Positions 54,337 to 64,000 of a DNA stretch of 64,000 bases are shown here, in pieces. The stretch covers positions 12,317 to 76,316 of the forward strand of contig JBBQUV010000004.1 in NCBI GenBank assembly GCA_038212075.1, given 5' to 3'. Under the pieces are notes generated by a model. It made no database searches, was not told the origin of the DNA, and saw nothing but the letters and a program-made list of their open reading frames with translations. A program made the translations under genes and the position numbers. The DNA comes from Minisyncoccia bacterium (lineage in GTDB: Bacteria > Patescibacteriota > Minisyncoccia > Phycocordibacterales > Phycocordibacteraceae). Positions within the stretch are counted from its first letter, which is position 1. Each line of letters opens with the position of its first letter.

Positions 54337-55557
54337 GTGAATCCACTCTCATTTTCTATAGAAAAGCGCGCGGCAAAAAGCGCCGCACGTGCAGGCGTGC
54401 TTACTACACCGCATGGAGTGATTAAAACCCCGGCATTTGTACCGGTGGGAACGAAAGCAAATGTGAAAGGTGTACTTCCGCGCGACCTCACCGCACTTGG
54501 TGCGCAAGTGGTGCTTGCCAATACCTATCACTTATATCTTCAACCCGGCGAACAAATAGTAAAGACAGCGGGAGGGCTTGGAACTTTTATGGGCTGGAAT
54601 GGTCCCACCATGACTGACTCGGGCGGCTTCCAAGTATTTTCACTCGGTGCGGCTTTTGGAAAAACCATTTCAAAGTTTGTTAAAAGTGACGCTCCCACTG
54701 AAGAAGCGGTTGCGGTGTACGACGAAGATGTGGCAAGTCAGCATGGACAGCTTGCGATTGTGGACGATGAAGGTGTTTCCTTTACCTCGCACTTGGACGG
54801 TTCGCTTCATCGTTTCACTCCAGAACGTTCAGTAGAAATTCAGCACGCTCTTGGTGCCGACATGTTTTTTGCGTTTGATGAATGCACTTCTCCGACAGCG
54901 CCCTACGAGTACCAGCGCGAAGCGATGGAGCGCACGCATCGATGGGCAGAACGTTCTCTTAAGGCGCATCGGCAAAATATTGACGCACATAAACAACAGG
55001 CGATTTTTGGCATTGTGCAGGGAGGCAGACACGAAGATTTACGAAAAGAATCAGCGCGCGAAATCGCGTCTTTGGGCTTTGACGGCATCGGCATCGGCGG
55101 TTCGTTTAGTAAAGAAGATATGCGTGGCGCGCTTCAGGCGGCGGTACATGAACTTCCGGAAGAACTGCCAAAACATTTTCTTGGTATTGGGGAACCGGGA
55201 GATGTGCTTGAGGGTATTGCAAATGGTATGGATCTTTTTGATTGCGTAGCCGCAACACGTATTGGCCGACACGGCTCTATTTACACCAAGCGCGGCATCA
55301 TTCACCTTACCGGTGAACGATTCAAAAACGATTTCACTCCGCTTGATCCAGAAACCATCATTGCCGGAACAGAAACGTTTACGCGTGCTTATGTCGCACA
55401 TCTTATTCGCGCAAAAGAAATGACGGGCTCTATCATTTGTTCTATGCACAATATTGGCTTCATTGTGAAATTGGTGGACGACGCCCGCGAAGCCATACTA
55501 AACGGCACGTTTGAAACGTTCAGAGAAGACTTTGTGCGAAGCTACTATTCAAAATAA
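54337..55557 (+). CDS. tgt: Queuine tRNA-ribosyltransferase.
   Basis: TPHGVIKTPAFVPVGTKANVKGV, LANTYHLYLQPG, MTDSGGFQVFSL and the zinc-site region (the four zinc ligands were not individually located). Length 406 aa. Confidence 0.9.
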   Translation: MNPLSFSIEKRAAKSAARAGVLTTPHGVIKTPAFVPVGTKANVKGVLPRDLTALGAQVVLANTYHLYLQPGEQIVKTAGGLGTFMGWNGPTMTDSGGFQVFSLGAAFGKTISKFVKSDAPTEEAVAVYDEDVASQHGQLAIVDDEGVSFTSHLDGSLHRFTPERSVEIQHALGADMFFAFDECTSPTAPYEYQREAMERTHRWAERSLKAHRQNIDAHKQQAIFGIVQGGRHEDLRKESAREIASLGFDGIGIGGSFSKEDMRGALQAAVHELPEELPKHFLGIGEPGDVLEGIANGMDLFDCVAATRIGRHGSIYTKRGIIHLTGERFKNDFTPLDPETIIAGTETFTRAYVAHLIRAKEMTGSIICSMHNIGFIVKLVDDAREAILNGTFETFREDFVRSYYSK

Positions 55558-55562
55558 TTATT

Positions 55563-55596
55563 TATGGCCGGCTCCTTGCGGATGCCGGCCATAAAA
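55563..55596. terminator. Bidirectional hairpin between tgt (+) and the convergent high-GC gene (-).
   Basis: tatggccggc tccttgcgga tgccggccata with a 10-bp stem, and an A-run after it. Confidence 0.55.
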
Positions 55597-55608
55597 GAAC
55601 AGGTGGTT

Positions 55609-56007
55609 TCAGTTCGCCATCGATTCTGCACGATCCATCATGGCGATGATCGGGCGTTGGTCGTTCAGCTTCGGGTCTACGAAACAGCTCAGGACACGCC
55701 GCACATCGACGAACACAAGGTGTGCGTAGCCGCCGAGACGGGCGAGCTGATCCTGGGGAAAACGGTTGGACCGTGTTCCTTCAGAGAGCATCTCAATCTC
55801 GTCGCTGAGGTCGTGCTTCACCAGTGTCCCTTTCGGAACAATGCTGGTGCGGAACGACAGCGTGGCGAGCGGTCGGTTGTTCGGTCCCACGAGGAACCGT
55901 CTCGTTCCCGACACGATTCTGTCGAGACCGTCCACATGCGCGGCCATCAGACCGAGCAGAAACAAATTTTTGTGAGCCACAAGTGGCTCAAGAACTGCCG
56001 CGTCCAT
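55609..56007 (-). CDS. Hypothetical protein (about 132 aa) in a higher-GC segment.
   Basis: RBS AAGGAGGAACCA before the ATG at 56007 (MDAAVLEPLVAHKNLFLLGLMAAHVDG...). GC is about 57%. No family recognised. Confidence 0.45.
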   Translation of the reverse strand: MDAAVLEPLVAHKNLFLLGLMAAHVDGLDRIVSGTRRFLVGPNNRPLATLSFRTSIVPKGTLVKHDLSDEIEMLSEGTRSNRFPQDQLARLGGYAHLVFVDVRRVLSCFVDPKLNDQRPIIAMMDRAESMAN

Positions 56008-56085
56008 TGGTTCCTCCTTGTTGCGGTTAAATAGAACCATACAATAAAAATACGAAAATGACAAATATGGTAGAGTGCATAACTA

Positions 56086-58155
56086 ATGGCGAGCAATTTC
56101 AAGCTCCATACGCCGTTTCCGCCAGCTGGCGATCAGCCAAAGGCTATCGAGTCCTTAAATAAAGGCCTCGATAGAGGAATGAGGCACCAAACACTTCTTG
56201 GAGTTACGGGCTCTGGTAAAACCTTTACCTGCGCGAATGTGATCGCTCACTTTGATAAGCCAACACTCGTAATGGCGCACAACAAAACGCTTGCGGCACA
56301 GCTTGCGCAGGAATACAAAGAATTTTTTCCAGAAAATGCGGTGCATTACTTCGTTTCCTACTACGACTACTATCAGCCGGAAGCATACATTGCGCATTCT
56401 GATACGTACATTGAAAAAGAAGCGATGATTAATGCGGAAATTGATCGCTTGCGGCACGCGGCTACTCAAGCGCTCCTTACTCGCAAGGACGTGATTATTG
56501 TTGCGTCGGTCTCTGCTATTTATGGGCTTGGTTCGCCAGCAGAATACGAAAAAGTGCACGTGCGTTTGGTCGTGGGCGAAGAATCAGAGGGCGGCCGTGC
56601 GGGCCTCATTCGAAAATTTATTCGGATCTTCTTTGAACGCACGCCCGCTGACCTTGAGCCCGGAAAAATTCGTGCAGTGGGGAATGCGGTGGAGTTTATG
56701 CCCGTGAACGAACGTTCTATTTACCGTGTGCGTTTTGACGGAGACACCATTATGGGAATTGAAGTGCTTGACCCTGTTTCTCGCGCAAAGACCGGAGAAG
56801 TGAAAAGTGTATTTGTGTTTCCGGCAAAGCACTTTGTTGCAGGTGAAGAAGAACGCGCACGGGCGATTGAAGACATCAAGCTTGAACTTGAGGAACAGCT
56901 TGCAAAACTGAAGCGCGAAGAAAAACCGCTTGAAGCAGAACGCTTGAAGCGTCGCACTCTTCACGATCTCGCCCTTATTCGTGAGATGGGATACACAAGT
57001 GGCATTGAAAACTACTCACGCCACTTTGATGGTCGCACGGCAGGGGAACCGCCCCACACACTGCTTTCCTATTTTCCACATAAAAAAGATGGTTCTCCGG
57101 ACTTTCTGACCGTGATTGATGAATCGCACGTCACCGTATCGCAAATTGGTGGCATGTATGCCGGCGACCGTTCACGTAAAGATGTGCTTGTGGAGCACGG
57201 CTTTCGTTTGCCATCGGCGCGTGATAACCGCCCACTTATGTTTGAAGAATTTGAAAAACGAGTGGGTCAGGTGCTCTACACAAGCGCAACGCCCGGAAAC
57301 TACGAACGGGAACATTCTGTTTCGCCCGATGGTCAAATTGTTGAACAAATCATTCGTCCTACAGGATTGATTGATCCGGAGTTGGTCATTCGTCCAGTTA
57401 CTGAGGAAGGGAAGTTCCGCGGACAAGTTGCCGATTTTATAGACGAAGCGGCAATCGTGATTGCTCGTGGTGGTAGAGCACTTGCGACAACACTCACTAA
57501 ACAAATGGCGGAAGATCTTTCTTCATTTCTTCGAGAAAAGAAAATGAAGGCGGAGTATTTGCATTCCGATATAAAAACCATTGATCGTATTGAAATTCTT
57601 ACGGCGTTTCGTAGGGGTGAGTTTGATATTCTTGTGGGGGTGAACTTGCTTCGCGAAGGACTCGATCTTCCGGAAGTGGAGCTAGTGGGTATTTTGGATG
57701 CCGACAAAGAAGGGTTTTTGCGTTCGGAAACATCGCTTATCCAAACCATTGGGCGCGCGGCGCGCAACGTGCTTGGGCGGGTGATTTTGTATGCTGATGT
57801 TATGACGGGTTCTCTCAATCGTGCAATTAGTGAAACGAACCGACGTCGTACGGTACAACTTGCCTATAACAAAAAGCATGGCATCACACCTATTTCTATT
57901 AAAAAAGAAATTCGCGACATCGCCGAGTCTATGCGCAGTGAGCACGACAAAACCGTGGATTCCATGCTCGCGCTCGACTCCAAGCTCTTTAAAGAAGACC
58001 CTGAGTCATTCTTGGCGCGTAAGCGTGAAGAAATGGAGCAGGCAGTGGAAGAACTTGATTTTGAAACGGCGGCCGTGATTCGTGACGAGATCTATAAATT
58101 GGAAGGCAAGAAAACAAAAGAAAAGGGTCGACCACGTTCTCGTCGGGGTAGGTGA
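56086..58155 (+). CDS. uvrB: Excinuclease ABC subunit B.
   Basis: LLGVTGSGKTFTCANVIA Walker A, helicase motifs, and the C-terminal UVR domain (AVEELDFETAAVIRDEIYKLEG). Confidence 0.95.
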   Translation: MASNFKLHTPFPPAGDQPKAIESLNKGLDRGMRHQTLLGVTGSGKTFTCANVIAHFDKPTLVMAHNKTLAAQLAQEYKEFFPENAVHYFVSYYDYYQPEAYIAHSDTYIEKEAMINAEIDRLRHAATQALLTRKDVIIVASVSAIYGLGSPAEYEKVHVRLVVGEESEGGRAGLIRKFIRIFFERTPADLEPGKIRAVGNAVEFMPVNERSIYRVRFDGDTIMGIEVLDPVSRAKTGEVKSVFVFPAKHFVAGEEERARAIEDIKLELEEQLAKLKREEKPLEAERLKRRTLHDLALIREMGYTSGIENYSRHFDGRTAGEPPHTLLSYFPHKKDGSPDFLTVIDESHVTVSQIGGMYAGDRSRKDVLVEHGFRLPSARDNRPLMFEEFEKRVGQVLYTSATPGNYEREHSVSPDGQIVEQIIRPTGLIDPELVIRPVTEEGKFRGQVADFIDEAAIVIARGGRALATTLTKQMAEDLSSFLREKKMKAEYLHSDIKTIDRIEILTAFRRGEFDILVGVNLLREGLDLPEVELVGILDADKEGFLRSETSLIQTIGRAARNVLGRVILYADVMTGSLNRAISETNRRRTVQLAYNKKHGITPISIKKEIRDIAESMRSEHDKTVDSMLALDSKLFKEDPESFLARKREEMEQAVEELDFETAAVIRDEIYKLEGKKTKEKGRPRSRRGR

Positions 58156-58205
58156 CGTATTTAAAAAATGAGGTAGAGTAACTTCCGGCCTGAAAGGAGG
58201 GCGTT

Positions 58206-58775
58206 ATGCGACCAAGTACAGAAATCCGTCTTCCTAGGACGGGTGAACTGATATCACGGGAAAAGCTTGCGGCTGTTCTCATCGATATGCAACCTGCGTT
58301 CGTGTATCGGTTAGAGCCTAACGAACGGAAGAAGCTCATTGCAGGACAACTGCAGGTAATCAAGGATTGCGCCTTGTACGACATTCCTTTGATTGTCATC
58401 GAACTACGCCGCTGGTGGAAGTTTGGGTGGACTATTCGAGCACTACGGCGAGCCAGTAAAAAAGTTCCTCGGGTGATGACGTTGCGAAAACGGCACAACA
58501 ACGCTTTCAATGAAACTGTTCTTCTGCAGCAATTAGAAGCATTCGACGTTCGTCACCTCGTGGTGATGGGCCTTAACATGTCTGTTTGCGTGAAAGAAAC
58601 GTGCCAGACCGCTCGCGAAGAGTATGGTTTCGGCATTATTACCGCAGACAATCTTATCTCGTGTATTTCTCCGCCAGCGCGCGAAGTACATCGATCTTGG
58701 TATGACGTCTGGGGACGCGTCTACACCAGAATGCCACCTCTTACAGAACTTCTTGAAAACCCTTACCCCCAATAA
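58206..58775 (+). CDS. Isochorismatase-family cysteine hydrolase.
   Basis: AAVLIDMQPAFV (the D of the catalytic triad), VVMGLNMSVCVKETCQTA (catalytic Cys region) and a Lys in between. Confidence 0.72.
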   Translation: MRPSTEIRLPRTGELISREKLAAVLIDMQPAFVYRLEPNERKKLIAGQLQVIKDCALYDIPLIVIELRRWWKFGWTIRALRRASKKVPRVMTLRKRHNNAFNETVLLQQLEAFDVRHLVVMGLNMSVCVKETCQTAREEYGFGIITADNLISCISPPAREVHRSWYDVWGRVYTRMPPLTELLENPYPQ

Positions 58776-58802
58776 GGGTTTTCACTTTTAATATCAATCG
58801 TG

Positions 58803-59897
58803 ATGATTTGCTATCATTCACGCATGCCTCTTTGGCTTATTTATAGTATCGCGTATGTGTTGCTTGCTGGTGGTATTGGTGCGGGCGCATATTTCTTTGT
58901 ACAAATTGTATTGCCACCGATTCATGCAGGAAATGAATTATTTTTCATTGCGGGTTCAGAAGTGGTTACGCTCAGTGTTGCGCTCACGGTGTTCATCGGT
59001 ATTCTTTTTTTTGTTCTTGCTCGAGTGACGGCGAGCCCAACACGAAAACTCACTAGAGCAGTAGATGCCTTTGCCGACCGTGGTGAACATCTTGCTGTAG
59101 TGATTCCTTCTTTTGCGCCACTTGAAATAAAACAGTTGATCGTTTCTTTTATTAATCTTCTACGTGGTGTCGAAGAATCACAAAAACACGAAGCTGATGT
59201 GGCACATGTTCGTTCCGATTTTATTTCAACCGCCGCACACCAATTGCGTACTCCGCTTACCGGTATTCGCTGGGCGCTTGAGGCACTGCAAACGAGTGAA
59301 CTGACAGAAGAACAGCGCGCGCTTATAAAAAACGCGAGCGACAAAAGCAAAGATTTAGTACAAATTGTTAAAACTCTTCTTGATATTTCAGCAATTGAAT
59401 CAGGAAAGCATCAATACACGTTTGCGCCTGTCGACATCATGCAGGTGGTAGAAGAAATTGCGGCTGATTTTAAACCGCTCGCGGCGGAACGAGAAATTAC
59501 CCTTGCGTGCGAGCACACTGATGGCTTACCGCTGGTGCGTGCCGATCGCGAACGTATTAAGTGGATTTTGAATAACTTGGTAGAAAATGCAATTCGGTAC
59601 ACACCGTCTCCGGGCTCGGTACGGCTTGCCGTGAACGCAAGCCGGGATACGCTTCGAGTGCTTATTCGCGATACTGGTATTGGTATACCTACAAACGACC
59701 GTGGCAATATTTTTGAGCGATTCTATCGAGGGAAAAATGCGGCCGCAAAAGAAAATGAAGGTAATGGGCTCGGACTCTACATTGCCCGCACTATTGCAAA
59801 CGACCACGGTGGCGACTTAAACTTTAGCGCAAATGAATCGGGGCCAGGCACTACCTTCACCCTGTCTTTACCTATCCATGGCCCTTCGGGCGCATAG
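58803..59897 (+). CDS. Sensor histidine kinase (HisKA + HATPase_c) with two N-terminal TM helices.
   Basis: H-box VRSDFISTAAHQLRTPLTGI, N-box LNNLVENAIRYT, G-boxes IRDTGIGIP and GNGLGLYIARTI. The start could be the GTG at 58800 or an ATG at 58803/58824. Confidence 0.8.
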   Translation: MICYHSRMPLWLIYSIAYVLLAGGIGAGAYFFVQIVLPPIHAGNELFFIAGSEVVTLSVALTVFIGILFFVLARVTASPTRKLTRAVDAFADRGEHLAVVIPSFAPLEIKQLIVSFINLLRGVEESQKHEADVAHVRSDFISTAAHQLRTPLTGIRWALEALQTSELTEEQRALIKNASDKSKDLVQIVKTLLDISAIESGKHQYTFAPVDIMQVVEEIAADFKPLAAEREITLACEHTDGLPLVRADRERIKWILNNLVENAIRYTPSPGSVRLAVNASRDTLRVLIRDTGIGIPTNDRGNIFERFYRGKNAAAKENEGNGLGLYIARTIANDHGGDLNFSANESGPGTTFTLSLPIHGPSGA

Positions 59898-59946
59898 CTG
59901 TATATAAGGACTGTTATCAAGTCTTTCCTTGCGGTACACTCTTGCT

Positions 59947-60327
59947 ATGGCTGATGCAAAATTCATGTTGGTGGTTGAAGACGACCCGGTGCTTAAAAAT
60001 TTGTTGGGACATACCTTTGCAGGGAAATACCAAACACTCTACGCTTCGGACGGTACCGAAGCACTCTCTTTTTTTGAGCAATACAAACCAGCAATGGTGT
60101 TGCTTGATTTGATGCTCCCGGGCGGAATGAATGGATTCACTATTTTAGAAAAAATCCGCGCTCGCACCGATGACTTGAAAAACACACCCATTATCGTTGT
60201 TTCCAATCTTGGGCAAGAAAGTGATAAAGAAAAAGCAAAAACACTTGGCGCAAACGACTACATGGTAAAGGCAGAAGTGTCGGTTGAGGAAATTGTACAA
60301 AAAATAGAGCAAATTTTGGCTACCTAG
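59947..60327 (+). CDS. Stand-alone response-regulator receiver domain (CheY-like).
   Basis: [10 protein letters not shown] (acidic pocket), [12 protein letters not shown] (phospho-acceptor Asp) and [27 protein letters not shown] (T/K region). No output domain. Confidence 0.75.
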   Translation: MADAKFMLVVEDDPVLKNLLGHTFAGKYQTLYASDGTEALSFFEQYKPAMVLLDLMLPGGMNGFTILEKIRARTDDLKNTPIIVVSNLGQESDKEKAKTLGANDYMVKAEVSVEEIVQKIEQILAT

Positions 60328-60381
60328 AGCGTTCTGCTATACTCGTACACGTACCTGTCCCACCACGGGCAGGAACTATCT

Positions 60382-63015
60382 ATGAGCACTGGAAAATCAA
60401 AATCTGAACACCACGCACGCGGCGCCGACTGGCTCCGCGTGAAGGGTGCGCGTACCCACAACCTAAAGAACATCAGCGTGGATATGCCGCGCGGCGCTAT
60501 GACGGTTATCACCGGACTTTCTGGTTCTGGTAAATCATCGCTTGCTTTTGATACTATTTTCGCCGAAGGTCAGCGCCGTTATGTGGAATCTCTTTCTGCC
60601 TACGCGCGACAATTTTTGAATCAAATGGCAAAACCGGACGTGGACGAAATCACTGGATTGTCGCCTGCCATTTCTATAGATCAAAAAAGCCGTTCCAACA
60701 ACCCGCGCTCCACGGTCGCAACGATTACGGAGATTTATGACTATCTGCGCGTGCTCTATGCGCGTGCAGGCCAGCCGTATTGTGTGAATCACGATGTGCC
60801 TATTGTGAAGCTTTCAAAAGAAGAAATGATAAAGCTCGTGATGACCCGCATGAATGCGCGCGGCGAAGGTGAAGACAGCAAAGTTATGGGTGTGGCGGTG
60901 GACAAGCGCGCCATCACTATTTATGCGCCAGTGGTAGTGGGACGAAAAGGCGAGTACTACCAAATGCTCTATGACCTTCTTGGGAAGGGATATGAAAAGG
61001 TGGTGGTGGATGGGAAAACCCATTCGCTTCGCGAAAAGATTGAACTGGATCGCAACAAACGTCACGACATTGATGCCCTTGTAGATTCTATTTTTATATC
61101 GGAGTTTACTCGTAACGCATCTGCGGCGCGTGAACGCCTCTCGGAAGCCTTGGAGCTTGCGCTTAAAGAAGCGGACGGTCTCGTGAAGATTAAACACATT
61201 GATGGCACGCTTGAAACACTTTCGTCCAAATTCATTTGTCCTGAAGACGGCGCGTCATTTCCTGAAGTAGAGCCGCGTCTTTTTTCTTTCAATAGTCCCT
61301 ACGGTGCTTGCCCAGCTTGTAACGGTCTTGGTACGGAGTCGCTTTTTTCTGAAGAAATTTGTCCTGTCTGTAATGGTGCGCGTTTGCGCCCTGAAGCACT
61401 GCGCGTATATGTAAAAGGAAAGGATAAGGGGCTTGGAAAAAATATTGTTGAAGTGACCTCTCTTTCCATTAAGGATGCAAAGGCGTTTATGGATTCCATT
61501 CAGCTTTCGGAATTAAAGGAAGAAATCGCGGCGCCGATTGTGCGCGAAATTGATAGTCGTCTTCAGTTTATGTTGAACGTCGGGCTTGATTACCTCACCC
61601 TGAATCGCACGGCCGCCACGCTTTCTGGTGGTGAAGCTCAGCGTATCCGCCTTGCGTCTCAGCTTGGTACCGGTCTTGTGGGTGCCCTCTACGTGCTCGA
61701 TGAACCAACCATTGGACTTCACCAGCGCGACAATGATCGGCTCATTAAAACACTGGTTTCTTTGAAGGAGCTTGGAAACACTATTATTGTGGTGGAGCAC
61801 GATGAAGACACGATTTATTCGTCGGACTATCTTATTGATATTGGACCCGGCGCAGGAACGCATGGTGGGAAAGTGGTAGCGTCCGGATGGCTTGATGATT
61901 TGCTTACGGCAAAGAAAAACGAAAGCGGTTCGCTCACTCTTTCCTATTTGCGCGAAGAAACGGAAATTCCCGTACCGGAAGAACGTCGTACTTCAGAAAA
62001 AGGCGCTATTAAAGTGCGTGGTGCAACGCTTCATAACCTAAAAAATCAAAACATAGACGTACCACTTGGGAAATTGGTGGGCATCACTGGCGTATCGGGT
62101 TCGGGCAAGTCCACTTTTATGTATGACATTCTGCACAAGAACGTCGCGGCTCGTTTCTCTCGCCGCGAAACCAAACCGGTGCACTGTGCATCTATTACAG
62201 GCACTGAATATTTGGGACGCGTGGTAATGATTGATCAGTCGCCGATTGGGCGCACGCCACGCAGTAATCCTGCGACCTATACGGGTGCATTTACGCACAT
62301 TCGCGATCTCTTTTCGTCTGCCGCTGAAGCCCGCGCGCGCGGATGGCGTCCGGGGCGGTTCTCTTTTAACGTTCCGGGTGGTCGGTGTGAAGCGTGTCAG
62401 GGCAACGGAATGATTGCTGTTGAGATGCACTTTTTGCCGACCGTGTATGTAACCTGCGATGTGTGCAACGGAACGCGCTTTATGAAAGAAACGCTTGAAA
62501 TTACCTATCGCGGTAAAAATATTTTTGAAGTTCTCCAAATGACGATTGAAGAAGCGCGAAAGTTTTTTGAAGACATTCCTGCAATTTCTGATCGCCTTGA
62601 AACGCTTGCCTCAACAGGACTCGATTACCTTACCCTTGGACAGTCGGCAACTACGCTTTCTGGTGGGGAAGCTCAGCGTGTGAAAATCGCGAGCGAATTT
62701 TATCGCCCCGTTACCATGAAGACGTTGTATCTTTTGGACGAACCAACGGTAGGACTTCACTATGAAGACGTAAAGAAGCTTTTGGAAATTTTGCAGGAAC
62801 TCGTACGACGCGGAAATACGGTGGTCGTGATTGAACACAATTTGGACGTTATTAAATCTGCCGATTATCTTATCGACTTTGGTCCCGAGGGCGGACTTGG
62901 TGGCGGAAAAGTAATTGCAAAAGGCACGCCGGAAGAAGTTGCAGATACAAAAGGTTCACACACCGGTGAATATCTTGCAAAAGCACTTAAGCGTCGCGTA
63001 AAAAAGACAAAATAA
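60382..63015 (+). CDS. uvrA: Excinuclease ABC subunit A.
   Basis: Two ABC ATPase modules ([15 protein letters not shown] and [15 protein letters not shown]), LSGGEAQR signature motifs, and zinc-finger Cys pairs ([14 protein letters not shown]). Confidence 0.95.
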   Translation: MSTGKSKSEHHARGADWLRVKGARTHNLKNISVDMPRGAMTVITGLSGSGKSSLAFDTIFAEGQRRYVESLSAYARQFLNQMAKPDVDEITGLSPAISIDQKSRSNNPRSTVATITEIYDYLRVLYARAGQPYCVNHDVPIVKLSKEEMIKLVMTRMNARGEGEDSKVMGVAVDKRAITIYAPVVVGRKGEYYQMLYDLLGKGYEKVVVDGKTHSLREKIELDRNKRHDIDALVDSIFISEFTRNASAARERLSEALELALKEADGLVKIKHIDGTLETLSSKFICPEDGASFPEVEPRLFSFNSPYGACPACNGLGTESLFSEEICPVCNGARLRPEALRVYVKGKDKGLGKNIVEVTSLSIKDAKAFMDSIQLSELKEEIAAPIVREIDSRLQFMLNVGLDYLTLNRTAATLSGGEAQRIRLASQLGTGLVGALYVLDEPTIGLHQRDNDRLIKTLVSLKELGNTIIVVEHDEDTIYSSDYLIDIGPGAGTHGGKVVASGWLDDLLTAKKNESGSLTLSYLREETEIPVPEERRTSEKGAIKVRGATLHNLKNQNIDVPLGKLVGITGVSGSGKSTFMYDILHKNVAARFSRRETKPVHCASITGTEYLGRVVMIDQSPIGRTPRSNPATYTGAFTHIRDLFSSAAEARARGWRPGRFSFNVPGGRCEACQGNGMIAVEMHFLPTVYVTCDVCNGTRFMKETLEITYRGKNIFEVLQMTIEEARKFFEDIPAISDRLETLASTGLDYLTLGQSATTLSGGEAQRVKIASEFYRPVTMKTLYLLDEPTVGLHYEDVKKLLEILQELVRRGNTVVVIEHNLDVIKSADYLIDFGPEGGLGGGKVIAKGTPEEVADTKGSHTGEYLAKALKRRVKKTK

Positions 63016-63078
63016 GGGGTGTTGATAACTCGTTCCTGAGAGGTGCTAGTATTAATTCTTTAGAGGCTCTCTATACGG

Positions 63079-63294
63079 GTGAACCATATGTCAGCAGCTC
63101 TCAAGCCTGAGCCGCAACCGGTAATTATCGTGTCTCGCGAATCGCTTATCGATTTAGAAACGATGGAGCGTGCGTATAAGCAGTATCACGGTAGTCCGCA
63201 GGATACGAAAGAGTCGGCACTCAAGTACTACGAAGAATATCGTAGAACCGGAGAGTTACCTTTTTTCGCAAAACGCGTGCTCGGCATATTGTAG
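63079..63294 (+). CDS. Small hypothetical protein (71 aa).
   Basis: ORF between uvrA and uvrC. No motif recognised. Confidence 0.3.
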   Translation: MNHMSAALKPEPQPVIIVSRESLIDLETMERAYKQYHGSPQDTKESALKYYEEYRRTGELPFFAKRVLGIL

Positions 63295-63369
63295 AACGGG
63301 TTCGTCTCACGACGGACCCGGCTCTATTTCAAGATTGCTTGCGTGAGTGTTGACGCGTAGGATTGTTAT

Positions 63370-64000
63370 ATGGAACGCACAGATTTACAGAAATTTGATT
63401 TGCCGGATGTGCCCGGAGTGTATTTATTTACCGAAGGTAAGGGGCGGGCGAAAAAAGTGCTTTATGTAGGGAAGGCAACATCACTTCGTGACCGCGTGCG
63501 CTCCTATTTTGATAATGATTTGATTGCCACACGCGGACCGCGCGTGGTGGACATGGTGACCCGTTCAACGGGGTTACGGTACGAAACCACACCAACCGTA
63601 CTTGAAGCCTTGGTACGTGAAGCGGCAATGATTCGTGAGTATGACCCGCCAGCAAATGCCATGGGCAAAGATGATAAATCATTTTTGTACGCAGTGATTA
63701 CCGACGAAACCATTCCGCGAGTGCTCGCATTTCGCGGCACTGATATTGATGACGACACTAAACGCGTCGTGCCGGGAAATATTCCACTCAAAGAGTCATA
63801 CGGTCCGTTTCCGTCAGGCTACCAGCTACGAGAAGGGCTCCGTCTCATTCGTCGCATCTTTCCTTTTTACGATACCGATAGGCCACTTACGATTAATACT
63901 GAAACAGGCAGGGTAATGCGCGAGGGAAATAAACACCATCAGGCAAAAGTGGAGTTTGGTCGCCAAATTGGGCAGTACCCACGTGAATTTAAACGTAAAG
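63370..64000 (+). CDS. uvrC: Excinuclease ABC subunit C, N-terminal part (GIY-YIG domain). Continues beyond the window.
   Basis: MERTDLQKFDLPDVPGVYLFTEGKGRAKKVLYVGKATSLRDRVRSYF is the GIY-YIG motif. The frame is open to the window end. Confidence 0.85.
   Translation, partial: MERTDLQKFDLPDVPGVYLFTEGKGRAKKVLYVGKATSLRDRVRSYFDNDLIATRGPRVVDMVTRSTGLRYETTPTVLEALVREAAMIREYDPPANAMGKDDKSFLYAVITDETIPRVLAFRGTDIDDDTKRVVPGNIPLKESYGPFPSGYQLREGLRLIRRIFPFYDTDRPLTINTETGRVMREGNKHHQAKVEFGRQIGQYPREFKRK

Overview
This reads as a compact, gene-dense bacterial chromosomal segment of roughly 45-50% GC. Almost all of it is housekeeping genes on the + strand, and short hairpin terminators sit wherever the coding strand switches. 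The gene content includes a class I lysyl-tRNA synthetase, a short ProRS without an editing domain, a type IV pilus cluster, and only partial dcw and mre clusters with few biosynthetic genes. These are inferences from family motifs, but together they suggest a reduced-genome, CPR/Patescibacteria-like organism.

Main blocks in order:
- 1-9959: a tandem array of eight genes. Six encode a PEP-utilizing-enzyme swivel (phosphohistidine) domain, one encodes a histidine-phosphatase-superfamily protein, and one lacks the swivel domain. Only the first gene carries the ATP-grasp (PPDK_N-like) kinase half.
- 10.4-20.6 kb: holB-like, frr, rseP, proS, mreBCD-mrdA, greA, class I lysS.
- 20.7-21.9 kb: two minus-strand small ORFs, each behind a copy of a ~94-nt structured repeat.
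- 21.9-26.6 kb: mraZ-rsmH-ftsL-ftsI-murF (a truncated dcw cluster).
- 26.6-38.8 kb: msrB, VKOR, a bactofilin-like membrane protein, bcp, nth-like, HAD hydrolase, mutY-like, MFS transporter, a long nested hairpin, RNase J, a peptide-type SBP, secG.
- 38.9-53.6 kb: groES/groEL, a pilB-pilC-three-prepilin cluster, a higher-GC SAICAR-synthase-like gene, a VirD4/TraG-like ATPase, a 992-aa low-complexity membrane protein, and an FKBP.
- 53.6-64.0 kb: tgt flanked by two high-GC genes, then uvrB, an isochorismatase-family hydrolase, a two-component pair, uvrA and the start of uvrC.

I saw no rRNA, tRNA or CRISPR array. The features I most want checked are the PEP-utilizer swivel-domain array, the repeated leader element at 20.97/21.73 kb, and the pilus/VirD4-like/giant-protein module.
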